DNA from: Haplodiscus bocki
Taxonomy: Eukaryota
Assembly: GCA_965655095.1 (NCBI GenBank)
Contig: OZ296650.1
Location: 19,406,001 to 19,470,000, forward strand
DNA length: 64,000 nucleotides
Reading direction: 5' to 3'
Below, piece after piece: positions 51,702 through 64,000 of this stretch. Under the pieces are notes generated by a model, which worked only from the letters and a program-made list of their open reading frames with translations, did no database searches and had not been told where the DNA came from. Within the stretch, counting starts at the first letter, position 1. Every line of letters starts with the position of its first letter. A program made the translations under genes and the position numbers.

Positions 51702-54700
51702 TTGAACTGCTTACTCAACATTAGTGGCCACCATGATCACAATTGTTGTAGATAATGCTTTCGCTGCAAGGCATTTAAAGTATGGTCCATCGCTGCAGCC
51801 ACCTGGTGAAAGTATGCGTCGGTTGAAAACAAACCCGAGCACGTATTCCCCCTCTAACCCGCTGGCTCTTCAGCCAAGAGGTGAATTTGAAATGCCGATG
51901 GGAATTGGACAGATGTCAAGATTTGAAGAAATGGATCTCAAAATCAACATTTTGGAAGATGGAAACAAGAAACTGGTACCCAATCGTGTCAGCAAGAAAT
52001 GCTTTACTGACTTTGACGACTTATTTTTATTGAAGAAAGGTTTAACTCATCACTATGTGCTCATAACAAACCTTAAAAACTTAAATGGTCGAACTCTGTC
52101 ATCGAGAGATTGTCATTGCCGAAACTGCTTTCATATATGTTCTTCAAAGGAAATATACGAGCGATACATTGTGAGCTGTTTCAACAACGAACCTGCATTG
52201 GTACAGATGCCAAAGCAGAGAAAAGCAAAATGCAGGTCACAAACTTTCAAGATCGATGGTTTGCTCTAATATTTATTCACTTCGACTTGTAATCCTTCTA
52301 TCAAACGGTTTCCCGTTGTTTACAGGATGGTGAAAAAGCCACTACCATTGAATTACACAAAGCTTGTGGGTTTTGCTTAGTGGGGGTTGAGCATGGTAAC
52401 GCTACACCAGTTTTAATTCAAGATGAAAGGTCAGAAACCTCTCTAACTACGACCTACACCATTTGTGCTAAAATCTTTCATCGTTTCGGGGCAGAAAGCA
52501 AAATGGAAGTTTTTCCATCAACAGGCGAGAAATAGGTAAGCTTGTCAGCAGGCTTACCAATGCAAACGCACTCGGAAAAGAACGGCCTAATAAAGACTGT
52601 CTTTGAATTTCTGAGGTTTGTTGAATACCTGCGAATCATGTCATCATCACCCGACAAATTGGTTACCTTCCTTTCAGAAGACAAATTCTCATACCTGCAC
52701 AGACATTTTAGGGACTGTTCTGACGACCAAAAGCGTTTATTGCACCGCAAAGGTTTCTATCTTTACACCTATTTTGATGATCGTGGTAAATTCATGGAAA
52801 TTTTTTTACCACCGTTGAACTGTTGAAAAAATTCTCAACAGCAGGGATAAGTAAGCATGAGTCAAGACGAATGGAATCACGCTTATCAGGTGTTGAAAAG
52901 CTTTGTTAGCAAAAACCTTGGAGATTACAATGACATATACTTAGAACAGACACTCTGTCAGTAGCTTGCGTGGTGGAGGAGTTCCCTAATGTGTGTTATG
53001 AGACCTTAAGTCAGTGAAGTGCTTACTCAACTTTAGAAGTCCCAATGATCACAATTGGTTTATATACTGCTTTATCACTGCATGGCTTTCAAAGTATGGT
53101 CCGTCGCTGCAGCCACCTGGTCAAGATATGCATCGGTTGAAATCAAACGAGCACGTACTCCCCATCTAACCCGCTGGCTCTTCAGCCAAGAGGTGAATTT
53201 GAAATGCCGATGGGAATTGGACAGATGTCAAGATTTGAAGAAATGGATCTCAAAATCAACATTTTGGAAGATGGAAACAAGGAACTGGTACCCAATCGTG
53301 TCAGCAAGAAATGCTTTACTGACTTTGACGACTTATCTTTATTGAAGAAAGGTTTAACTCATCACTATGTGCTCATAACAAACCTTAAAAACTTAAATGG
53401 TCGAACTCTGTCATCGAGAGATTGTCACTGCCGAAACTGCTTTCATATATGTTCTTCAAAGGAAATATACGAGCGATACATTGTGAGCTGTTTCAACAAC
53501 GAACCTGCATTGGTACAGATGCCAAAGCCAGAGAAAAGCAAAATGCAGGTCACAAACATTCAAGATCGATGGTTTGCTCTAATATTTATTCACTTCGACT
53601 TGTAATCCTTCTATCAAACGGTTTCCCGTTGTTTACAGGATGGTGAAAAAGCCACTACCATTGAATTACACAAAGCTTGTGGGTTTTGCTTAGTGGGGGT
53701 TGAGCATGGTAATGCTACACCAGTTTTAATTCAAGATGAAAGGTCAGAAACCTCTCCAACTACGACCTACACCATTTGTGCTAAAATCTTTCATCGTTTC
53801 GGGGCAGAAAGCAAAATGGAAGTTTTTCCATCAACAGGCGAGAAATAGGTAAGCTTGTCAGCAGGCTTACCAATGCAAACGAACTCGGAAAAGAACGGCC
53901 TAATAAAGACTGTCTTTGAATTTCTGAGGTTTGTTGAATACCTGCGAATCATGTCATCATCACCCGACAAATTGGTTACCTTTCTTTCAGAAGACAACTT
54001 CTCATACCTGCACAGACATTTCAGGGACTGTTCTGACGACCAAAAGCGTTTATTGCACCGCAAAGTTTTCTATCTTTACACCTATTTTGATTATCGAGGT
54101 AAATTCAGCGAAATTTTTTACCACCATTGAACTGTTGAAAAAATTCCCAACAGCAGGGATAAGTAGGCATGAGTCAAGACGAATGGAATCACGCTTATCA
54201 GGTGTTGAAAAGCTTTGTTAGCAAAAACCTTGGAGATTACAATGACACATACTTAGAACAGACACTCTGTCACTAGCTTGCGTGGTGAAGGAGTTCCCTA
54301 ATGTGTGTTATGAGACCTTAAGTCAGTGAGGTGCTTACTCAACTTTAGAAGTCCCAATGATCACAATTGTTTTATATACTGCTTTATCGCTGCATGGCTT
54401 TCAAAGTATGGTCCGTCGCTGCAGCCACCTGGTCAAGATATGCATCGGTTGAAAACAAACCCGAGCACTTACTCCCCTCTAACCCGCTGGCTCATCAACC
54501 AAAATGTGAATTTGAAATGCCGATGGGAATTTGACAGATGTCGAGATTTGAAGAAATGAATCCCTACAAAATCAACGCTTTGGAATATGGAAAGAAGGAA
54601 CTGGTACCCATTCGTGTGAGGAAGAAATACGATACTGACTTTGACGTTGACTTATTCTTATTGGAAGATGGTCTAACTCATCACTATGTGCTCATAACAA

Positions 54701-57700
54701 ACCTAAAAAATCTAATCTGCTGCGTAAATGATCGAACTCTGCCATCGGAAGATTGTATCTGCCGAAACTGCTTTCATATTTGTTCTTCAAAGGAATTTTA
54801 CGAGCGACACATTGTGAGCTGTTTCAACAATGAACCTGCCTTGATACAGATGCAAAAGCCGGAGGAAAACAATATTAAGGTCACAAACATTCAAGGTCGA
54901 TGGTTCGCTCCAATAGTTATTTACTTTGATTTATAGTCCCTCATCCAACCGGTTTTCGGTTGTTTACAGGATGGTGAGAAAGCCACTACCATTGAAATAC
55001 ACAAAGCTTGTGGGTTTTGCTTAGTGGGGGTTGAGCATGGTAATGCTACACCACTTTTAATTCATAATGAAAAGTCAGAAATCTCTCCAACTACGACCTA
55101 CACCATTTGTACAAAAATCTCCATCGAATCGGGGCAGAAAGCAAAATGGAAATTATTTCTTCAACAGACGAGAAATAGATAAGCTTGTCAGCAGGCGTAC
55201 CAATGCAAACGCACTAGGAAAAGAACGGCTTAATAAAGACTGTATTTGGTTTTCTGATGTTTCTTGAGTCCCTGCGAATCATGTCATCATCACCCGACAA
55301 ATTGGTTACCTTTCTTCCAGAAGACAACTTCTCATACCTGCATAGCCATTTCAGGGACTGTTCCGACAACCAAAAGCGTCTGTTGCACCGCAAAGGTTTC
55401 TCTCTTTACACCTGTTTTGATTATCATGGTAATTTCATGGAAAATTTTTTACCACCGTTGAATTGTTGAAAAAATTCTTAACAGCAGGGATAAGTAAGCG
55501 TGAGTCAAGACAAATGGAATCACGCTTATCAGGTGTTCAAAAGCTTTGTTAGCAAAAACCTTGGATATTACAATGACACATACTTAGAACAGACACTCTG
55601 TCACTAGCTTGCGTGGTGGAGGAGTTCCCTAATGTGTGTTATGAGACCTTAAGTCAGTGAAGTGCTTACTCAACTTTAGAAGTCCCAATGATCACAATTG
55701 TTTTATATACTGCTTTATCGCTGCATGGCTTTCAAAGTATGGTCCGTCGCTGCAGCCACCTGGTCAAGATATGCATCGGTTGAAAACAAACCCGAGCACT
55801 TACTCCCCTCTAACCCGCTGGCTCATCAACCAAAATGTGAATTTGAAATGCCGATGGGAATTTGATAGACGTCGAGATTTGAAGAAATGAATCCCTACAA
55901 AATCAACGCTTTGGAATATGGAAAGAAGGAACTGGTACGCATTCGTGTGAGCAAGAAATACGATACTGAATTTGACGTTGACTTATGCTTATTGGAGGAT
56001 GGTCTAACTCATCACTATGCGCTCATAACAAACTTAAAAAATCTAATCTGCTGCGTAAATGATCGAACTCTGCCATCGGAAGATTGTCTCTGCCGAAACT
56101 GCTTTCATTCATGTTCTTCAAAGGAAATATACGAGCGACACATTGTGAGCTGTTTCAACAATGAACCTTCATTGATACAGATGCCAAAGCCAGAGTAAAA
56201 CAAAATGAACGTCACAAACTTTCAAGCTCGATGGTTCGCTCCATCAGTTATTTACTTCGACTTGTAATCCTTCTATCAAGCGGTTTCCCGTTGTTTACAG
56301 GATGGTGAAAAAGCCACTACCAGTGAAATACACAAAGCTTGTGGGTTTTCCTTAGTGGGGGTTGAGCATGGTAATGCTACACCACTTTTAATTCATGATG
56401 AAAAGTCAGAAATCTCTCCAACTACGACCTTCACCATTTGTACAAAAATCTTCATCGAATCGGGGCAGAAAGCAAAATGGAAATTATTTCTTCAACAGAC
56501 GAGAAATAGATAAGCTTGTCAGCAGGCGTACCAATGCAAACGCACTAAGAAAAGAACGGCTTAATAAAGACTGTATTTGGTTTTCTGAGGTTTGTTGAGT
56601 CCCTGCGAATCAGGTCATCATCACCCGACAAATTGGTTACCTTTCTTCCAGAAAACAACTTCTCATACCTGCACAGACATTTCAGGGACTGTTCTGATGA
56701 CCAAAAAGCGTTTATTGCACCGCAAAGGTTTCTATCTTTACACCTGTTTTGATGATCATGGTAATTTGATGCAAAATTTTTTACCACCGTTGAACTGTTG
56801 AAAAAATTCTTAACAGCAGGGATAAGTAAGCGTGAGTCGAGACAAATGGAATCACGCTTATCAGGTGTTCAAAAGCTTTGTTAGCAAAAACCTTGGAGAT
56901 TACAATGACACATACTTAGAACAGACACTCTGTCACTAGCTTGCGTGGTGGAGGAGTTCCCTAATGTGTGTTATGAGACCTTAAGTCAGTGAAGTGCTTA
57001 CTCAACTTTAGAAGTCCCAATGATCACAATTGTTTTATATACTGCTTTATCGCTGCATGGCTTTCAAAGTATGGTCCGTCGCTGCAGCCACCTGGTCAAG
57101 ATATGCATCGGTTGAAAACAAACCCGAGCACGTACTCCCCCTCTAACCCGCTGGCTCATCAACCAAAAGGTGAATTTGAAATGCCGATGGGAATTTGACA
57201 AATGTCAAGATTGAAAGAAACGAATCCCTACAAAATCAACGCTTTGGAATATGGAAAGAAGGAACTGGTACGCATTCGTGTCAGCAAGAAATACGATACT
57301 GACTCTGACGTTCACTTATTCTTATTGGAAGATGGTCTAACTCATCACTATGTGCTCATAACAAACCTGAAAAAATCCAATCTGCCGCGTAAATGATCGA
57401 ACTCTGCCATCGGAAGATTGTCTCTGCCGAAACTGCTTTCATTCATGTTCTTCAAAGGAAATATACGAGCGACACATTGTGAGCTGTTTCAACAATGAAC
57501 CTGCATTGATACAGATGCAAAAGCCAGAAGAAAACAAAATGAACGTCACAAACTTTCAAGCTCGATGGTTCGCTCCATTAGTTATTTACTTCGACTTGTA
57601 ATCCTTCTATCAAGCGGTTTCCCGTTGTTTACAGGATGGTGAAAAAGCCACTACCAGTGAAATACACAAAGCTTGTGGGTTTTCCTTAGTGGGGGTTGAG

Positions 57701-60700
57701 CATGGTAATGCTACACCACTTTTAATTCATGATGAAAATCAGAAATCTCTCCAACTACCACCTACACCATTTGTACAAAAATCTTCATCGAATCGGGGCA
57801 GAAAGCAAAGTGGAAATTATTTCTTCAACAGACGAGAAATAGATAAGCTTGTCAGCAGGCGTACCAATGCAAACGCACTAGGAAAAGAACGGCTTAATAA
57901 AGACTGTATTTGGTTTTCTGAGGTTTGTTGAGTCCCTGCGAATCATGTCATCATCACCCGACAAATTGGTTACCTTTCTTCCAGAAGACAACTTCTCATA
58001 CCTGCACAGCCATTTCAGGGACTGTTCCGACAACCAAAAGCGTCTGTTGCACCGCAAAGGTTTGTATCGTTACACCTATTTTGATTATCGCGGTAAATTC
58101 AGCGAAATTTTTTTACCACCGTTGAACTGTTGAAAAAATTCGCAACAGCAGGGATAAGTAAGCATGAGTCAAGACGAATGGATTCACGCTTATCAGGTGT
58201 TGAAAAGCTTTGTTAGCAAAAACCCTGGAGATTACAATGACACATACTTAGAACAGACACTCTGTCACTAGCTTGCGTGGTGGAGGAGTTCCCTAATGTG
58301 TGTTATGAGACCTTAAGTCAGTGAAGTGCTTACTCAACTTTAGAAGTCCCAATGATCACAATTGTTTTATATACTGCTTTATCGCTGCATGGCTTTCAAA
58401 ATATGGTCCATCGCTGCAGCCACCTGGTCAAGATATGCATCGGTTGAAAACAAACCCGAGCACGTACTCCCCGTCTAACCCGCTGGCTCATCAACCAAAA
58501 GGTGAATTTGAAATGCCGATGGGAATTTGACAAATGTCAAGATTTGAAGAAATGAATCCCTACAAAATCAACGCTTTGGAATATGGAAAGAAGGAACTGG
58601 TACCCATTCGTGTGAGCAAGAAATACGATACTGAATTTGACGTTGACTTATGCTTATTGGAGGATGGTCTAACTCATCACTATGCGCTCATAACAAACTT
58701 AAAAAATCTAATCTGCTGCGTAAATGATCGAACTCTGCCATCGGAAGATTGTCTCTGCCGAAACTGCTTTCATTCATGTTCTTCAAAGGAAATATACGAG
58801 CGACACATTGTGAGCTGTTTCAACAATGAACCTTCATTGATACAGATGCCAAAGCCAGAGTAAAACAAAATGAACGTCACAAACTTTCAAGCTCGATGGT
58901 TCGCTCCATTAATTATTAACTTCGACTTGTAATCCTTCTATCAAACGGTTTCCCGTTGTTTACAGGATGGTGAAAAAGCCGCTACCATTGAAATACACAA
59001 AGCTTGTGCGTTTTCCTTAGTGGGGGTTGAGCATGGTAACGCTACACCAGTTTTAATTCATGATGAAAGGTTAGAACTCTCTCCAACTACGACCTACACC
59101 ATTTGTGCAAAAATCTTCATCGAATCGGGGCAGAAAGCAAAATGGAAATTATTCCTTCAACAGACGAGAAATAGATAAGCTTGTCAGCAGGCGTACCAAT
59201 GCAAACGCACTAGGAAAAGAACGACTTAATAAAGACTGTATTTGGTTTTCTGAGGTTTGTTGAGTCCCTGCGAATCATGTCATCATCACCCGACAAATTG
59301 GTTACCTTTCTTCCAGAAAACAACTTCTCATACCTGCACAGACATTTCAGGGACTGTTCCGACAACCAAAAGCGTCTGTTGCACCGCAAAGGTTTCTATC
59401 GTTACACCTATTTTGATTATCGCGGTAAATTCAGCGAAATTTTTTTACCACCGTTGAACTGTTGAAAAAATTCGCAACAGCAGGGATAAGTAAGCATGAG
59501 TCAAGACGAATGGATTCACGCTTATCAGGTGTTGAAAAGCTTTGTTAGCAAAAACCCTGGAGATTACAATGACACATACTTAGAACAGACACTCTGTCAC
59601 TAGCTTGCGTGGTGGAGGAGTTCCCTAATGTGTGTTATGAGACCTTAAGTCAGTGAAGTGCTTACTCAACTTTAGAAGTCCCAATGATCACAATTGTTTT
59701 ATATACTGCTTTATCGCTGCATGGCTTTCAAAATATGGTCCATCGCTGCAGCCACCTGGTCAAGATATGCATCGGTTGAAAACAAACCCGAGCACGTACT
59801 CCCCGTCTAACCCGCTGGCTCATCAACCAAAAGGTGAATTTGAAATGCCGATGGGAATTTGACAAATGTCAAGATTTGAAGAAATGAATCCCTACAAAAT
59901 CAACGCTTTGGAATATGGAAAGAAGGAACTGGTACCCATTCGTGTGAGCAAGAAATACGATACTGAATTTGACGTTGACTTATGCTTATTGGAGGATGGT
60001 CTAACTCATCACTATGCGCTCATAACAAACCTAAAAAATCTAATCTGCTGCGTAAATGATCGAACTCTGCCATCGGAAGATTGTCTCTGCCGAAACTGCT
60101 TTCATTCATGTTCTTCAAAGGAAATATACGAGCGACACATTGTGAGCTGTTTCAACAATGAACCTTCATTGATACAGATGCCAAAGCCAAAGTAAAACAA
60201 AATGAACGTCACAAACTTTCAAGCTCGATGGTTCGCTCCATTAGTTATTAACTTCGACTTGTAATCCTTCTATCAAACGGTTTCCCGTTGTTTACAGGAT
60301 GGTGAAAAAGCCACTACCATTGAAATTTACAAAGCTTGTGGGTTTTCCTTAGTGGGGGTTGAGCATGGTAACGCTACACCAGTTTTAATTCATGATGAAA
60401 GGTTAGAAATCTCTCCAACTACGAACTACACCATTTGTGCAAAAATCTTCATCGAATCGGGGCAGAAAGCAAAATGGAAATTATTCCTTCAACAGACGAG
60501 AAATAGATAAGCTTGTCAGCAGGCGTACCAATGCAAACGCACTAGGAAAAGAACGACTTAATAAAGACTGTATTTGGTTTTCTGAGGTTTGTTGAGTCCC
60601 TGCGAATCATGTCATCATCACCCGACAAATTGGTTACCTTTCTTCCAGAAGACAACTTCTCATACCTGCACAGACATTTCAGGGACTGTTCTGACGACCA

Positions 60701-63700
60701 AAAGCGTCTATTGCACCGCAAAGGTTTCTATCTTTACACCTATTTTGATTATCGCGGTAAATTCAACGAAATTTTTTTACCACCGTTGAACTGTTGAAAA
60801 AATTCTCAGCAGCAGGCATAAGTAAGCATGGGTCAAGACGAATGGAATCAGGCTTATCAGGTGTTCAAAAGCTTTGTTAGCAAAAACCTTGGAGATTACA
60901 ATGACATATACTTAGAACAGACACTCTGTCACTAGCTTGCGTGGTGGAGGAGTTCCCAAATGTGTGTTATGAGACCTTGAGTCAGTGAAGTGCTTACTCA
61001 ACTTTAGAAGTCCAAATGATCACAATTGTTTTTTATACTGCTTTATCGCTGCATGGCTTTCAAAATATGGTCCATCGCTGCAGCCACCTGGTCAAAATAT
61101 GCGTGGGCGGAAAACAAACCCGAGCACTTACTCCCCTCTAACCCGCTGGCTCATCAACCAAAATGTGAATTTGAAATTCCGATGGGAATTTGACAAATGT
61201 CAAGATTGAAAGAAACGAATCCCTACAAATCAACGCTTTGGAATATGGAAAGAAGGAACTGGTACCCATTCGTGTCAGCAAGAAATATAATACTGACTTT
61301 GACGTTCACTTATTCTTATTGGAAGATGGTCTAACTCATCACTATGTGCTCATAACAAACCTAAAAAAATCCAATCTGCCGCGTAAATGATCGAACTCTG
61401 CCATCGGAAGATTTTCTCTGCCGAAACTGCTTTCATTCATGTTCTTCAAAGGAAATATACGAGTGACACATTGTGAGCTGTTTCAACAATGAACCTGCAT
61501 TGATACAGATGCCAAAGCCAGAGGAAAACAAAATGAACGTCACAAACTTTCAAGCTCGATGGTTCGCTCCATTAGTTATTTACTTCGACTTGTAATCCTT
61601 CTATCAAGCGGTTTCCCGTTGTTTACAGGGTGGTGAAAAAGCCACTACCAGTGAAATACACAAAGCTTGTGGGTTTTCCTTAGTGGGGGTTGAGCATGGT
61701 AATGCTACACCACTTTTAATTCATGATGAAAACTCAGAAATCTCTCCAACTACGACCTACACCATTTGTGCAAAAATCTTCATCGAATCGGGGCAGAAAG
61801 CAAAATGGAAATTATTTCTTCAACAGACGAGAAATAGATAAGCTTGTCAGTATGCGTACCATTGCAAACGCACTAGGAAAAGAACGGCCTAGTAAAGACT
61901 GTATTTGAATTTCTGAGGTTTGTTGAGTCCCTGCGAATCATGTCATCATCACCCGACAAATTGGTTACCTTTCTTCCAGAAGACAACTTCTCATACCTGC
62001 ACAGGCATTTCAGGGACTGTTCCGACAACCAAAAGCGTCTGTTGCACCGCAAAGGTTTATCGTTACACCTATTTTGATTATCGCGGTAAATTCAGCGAAG
62101 TTTTTTTACCACCGTTGAACTGTTGAAAAAGTTCTCAACAGCAGGGATAAGTTAGCATGAGTCAAGACGAATGGAATCACGCTTATCAGGTGCTGAAACG
62201 CTTTGTTAGCAGAAACCTTGGAGATTACAATGACATATACTTAGAACAGACACCCTGTCACTAGCTTGCGTGGTGGAGGAGTTCCCTAATGTGTGTTATG
62301 AGACCTTAAGTCAGTGAAGTGCTTACTCAACTTTAGAAGTCCCAATGATCACAATTGTTTTATATACTGCTTTATCGCTGCATGGCTTTCAAAATATGGT
62401 CCATCGCTGCAGCCACCTGGTCAAGATATGCATCGGTTGAAAACAAACCCGAGCACGTACTCCCCGTCTAACCCGCTGGCTCATCAACCAAAAGGTGAAT
62501 TTGAAATGCCGATGGGAATTTGACAAATGTCAAGATTTGAAGAAATGAATCCCTACAAAATCAACGCTGTGAAATGTGGATAGAAGGAACTGGTACCCAT
62601 TCGTGTCAGCAAGAAATACGATACTGACTTTTACGTTGACTTATTCCTATTGGAGGATGGTCTAACTCATCACTATGCGCTCATAACAAACCTAAAAAAT
62701 CTAATCTGCTGCGTAAATGATCGAACTCTGCCATCGGAAGATTGTCTCTGCCGAAACTGCTTTCATTCATGTTCTTCAAAAGAATTATACGAGCGACACT
62801 TTGTGAGCCGTTTCAACAATGAACCTGCCTTGATTCAGATGCCAAAGCCAGAGTAAAACAAAATGAACGTCACAAACTTTCAAGCTCGATGGTTCGCTCC
62901 ATTAGTTATTAACTTCGACTTGTAATCCTTCTATCAAACGGTTTCCCGTTGTTTACAGGATGGTGAAAAAGCCACTACCATTGAAATTTACAAAGCTTGT
63001 GGGTTTTCCTTAGTGGGGGTTGAGCATGGTAATGCTACACCACTTTTAATTCATGATGAAAACTCAGAAATCTCTCCAACTACGACCTACACCATTTATG
63101 CAAAAATCTTCATCGATTCGGGGCAGAAAGCAAAATGGAAATTATTTCTTCAACAGACGAGAAATAGATAAGCTTGTCAGTATGCGTACCATTGCAAACG
63201 CACTAGGAAAAGAACGGCCTAGTAAAGACTGTATTTGAATTTCTGAGGTTTGTTGAGTCCCTGCGAATCATGTCATCATCACCCGACAAATTGGTTACCT
63301 TTCTTCCAGAAGACAACTTCTCATACCTGCACAGGCATTTCAGGGACTGTTCCGACAACCAAAAGCGTCTGTTGCACCGCAAAGGTTTATCGTTACACCT
63401 ATTTTGATTATCGCGGTAAATTCAGCGAAGTTTTTTTACCACCGTTGAACTGTTGAAAAAGTTCTCAACAGCAGGGATAAGTTAGCATGAGTCAAGACGA
63501 ATGGAATCACGCTTATCAGGTGCTGAAACGCTTTGTTAGCAGAAACCTTGGAGATTACAATGACATATACTTAGAACAGACACCCTGTCACTAGCTTGCG
63601 TGGTGGAGGAGTTCCCTAATGTGTGTTATGAGACCTTAAGTCAGTGAAGTGCTTACTCAACTTTAGAAGTCCCAATGATCACAATTGTTTTATATACTGC

Positions 63701-64000
63701 TTTATCGCTGCATGGCTTTCAAAATATGGTCCATCGCTGCAGCCACCTGGTCAAGATATGCATCGGTTGAAAACAAACCCGAGCACGTACTCCCCGTCTA
63801 ACCCGCTGGCTCATCAACCAAAAGGTGAATTTGAAATGCCGATGGGAATTTGACAAATGTCAAGATTTGAAGAAATGAATCCCTACAAAATCAACGCTGT
63901 GAAATGTGGATAGAAGGAACTGGTACCCATTCGTGTCAGCAAGAAATACGATACTGACTTTTACGTTGACTTATTCCTATTGGAGGATGGTCTAACTCAT
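51702..64000 (+). repeat. U34-U43: nine consecutive short monomers (1312, 1312, 1331, 1332 x4, 1329, 1330 bp) plus a partial unit
   Basis: All complete units lack the EndoVII segment. A heads from 53014 onward. Confidence 0.92.
54760..54822 (+). other. C2HC/C2H2-type zinc finger remnant (example in U36)
   Basis: Translates to CRNCFHICSSKEFYERHIVSC. Present in all units; the last Cys is Arg in A-type middles. Confidence 0.75.

Larger units (their letters stand above)
1..64000 (+). repeat. Tandem macrosatellite of ~1.3-1.6 kb monomers derived from a Polinton/Maverick pPolB gene fragment (42 complete + 2 partial units)
   Basis: The junction GAGACCTTAA(G/A)TCA(G/T)TGAA(G/C)TGC recurs 43 times. 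Unit starts: 1361, 2718, 4316, 5673, 7267, 8579, 10173, 11508, 13105, 14701, 16297, 17632, 19234, 20825, 22423, 24023, 25617, 27215, 28815, 30409, 32007, 33607, 35200, 36800, 38401, 39994, 41587, 42906, 44502, 45818, 47148, 48765, 50083, 51702, 53014, 54326, 55657, 56989, 58321, 59653, 60985, 62314, 63644. All units are in the same orientation with no spacer DNA. Confidence 0.97.
1..64000 (+). mobile_element. Polinton/Maverick (adintovirus-like) element remnant; only the N-terminal/exonuclease part of pPolB, amplified
   Basis: Motif order matches Polinton-type pPolB from my knowledge of the family: NxxxxDxxCF, FEExN..IN, HY, CxxC..H..C, VIYFDxE, DHCH..AH..CNL, HNLSxYD, EKYI, LRFxDS..MSSSLDKL, RKGVYPY, LPP, LGDYxDxYLxTD.LLA.V.EEF..CYET. 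Confidence 0.88.

Noticed and set aside
1-64000. The many short + strand ORFs as real protein-coding genes or a multi-gene operon
   Set aside because: They are consecutive pieces of one reading frame broken by stops and frameshifts, or off-frame shadows of it. Their ends vary between copies and most start at GTG/TTG.
1-64000. Alternative genetic code (TAA/TAG = Glu/Gln, TGA = Trp) or stop readthrough making the units functional
   Set aside because: Stops correspond to several different sense codons in sister units (GGA, TGG, CAA, GAA, TAC, TCA), and frameshifts are present in every unit.
1-64000. CRISPR array or DGR/antigenic-variation cassette system
   Set aside because: There are no short repeats with unique spacers, no cas or reverse transcriptase gene, and no adenine-specific variable region. 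Variation is spread along the units.
1-64000. Complete or active Polinton/Maverick
   Set aside because: No TIRs, integrase, ATPase, capsid or maturation protease genes were seen, and the polymerase catalytic motifs are absent.
1-64000. Whole array as a sequencing or assembly concatemer artefact
   Set aside because: Units differ by many shared, hierarchically distributed SNPs and indels, which errors would not produce. Only the near-identical duplications (offsets 1596, 4792, 1593, 1330) need read-level confirmation.

Overview
The whole 64-kb window is one head-to-tail tandem array (macrosatellite) on the + strand, running off both ends: 42 complete monomers plus 2 partial ones. Each monomer is a decayed fragment of the protein-primed family-B DNA polymerase (pPolB) gene of a eukaryotic Polinton/Maverick-type element. 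The domain order is: vOTU-like protease (NDHNCF...HHY), CxxC-x12-H-x3-C zinc finger, ExoI (YFDL[E>stop]S), inserted endonuclease VII/His-Me finger (CxxC...DHCH...AHNKCNL), ExoII (H[N]LSNYD), LRFVDS..MSSSLDKLV, RKGVYPY, ExoIII (YLxTD). The fragment stops before the polymerase palm. Monomers are either long (~1.6 kb, 24 copies) or short (~1.31-1.36 kb, 18 copies, lacking 271 bp that contains the EndoVII domain), and carry one of two diverged junction haplotypes (A, B). They are arranged in zones: long/short dimers (~2.9-2.95 kb period), a 4,792-bp B-A-A trimeric higher-order repeat, a mixed zone, and an all-short zone. Every copy has stops and/or frameshifts, so the ORF track reflects pseudogene fragments. 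I saw no intact gene, RNA gene, CRISPR array, TIR, or other Polinton gene (integrase, ATPase, capsid). Family assignment is by motif recognition only; no search was run, and the host cannot be identified from this window.
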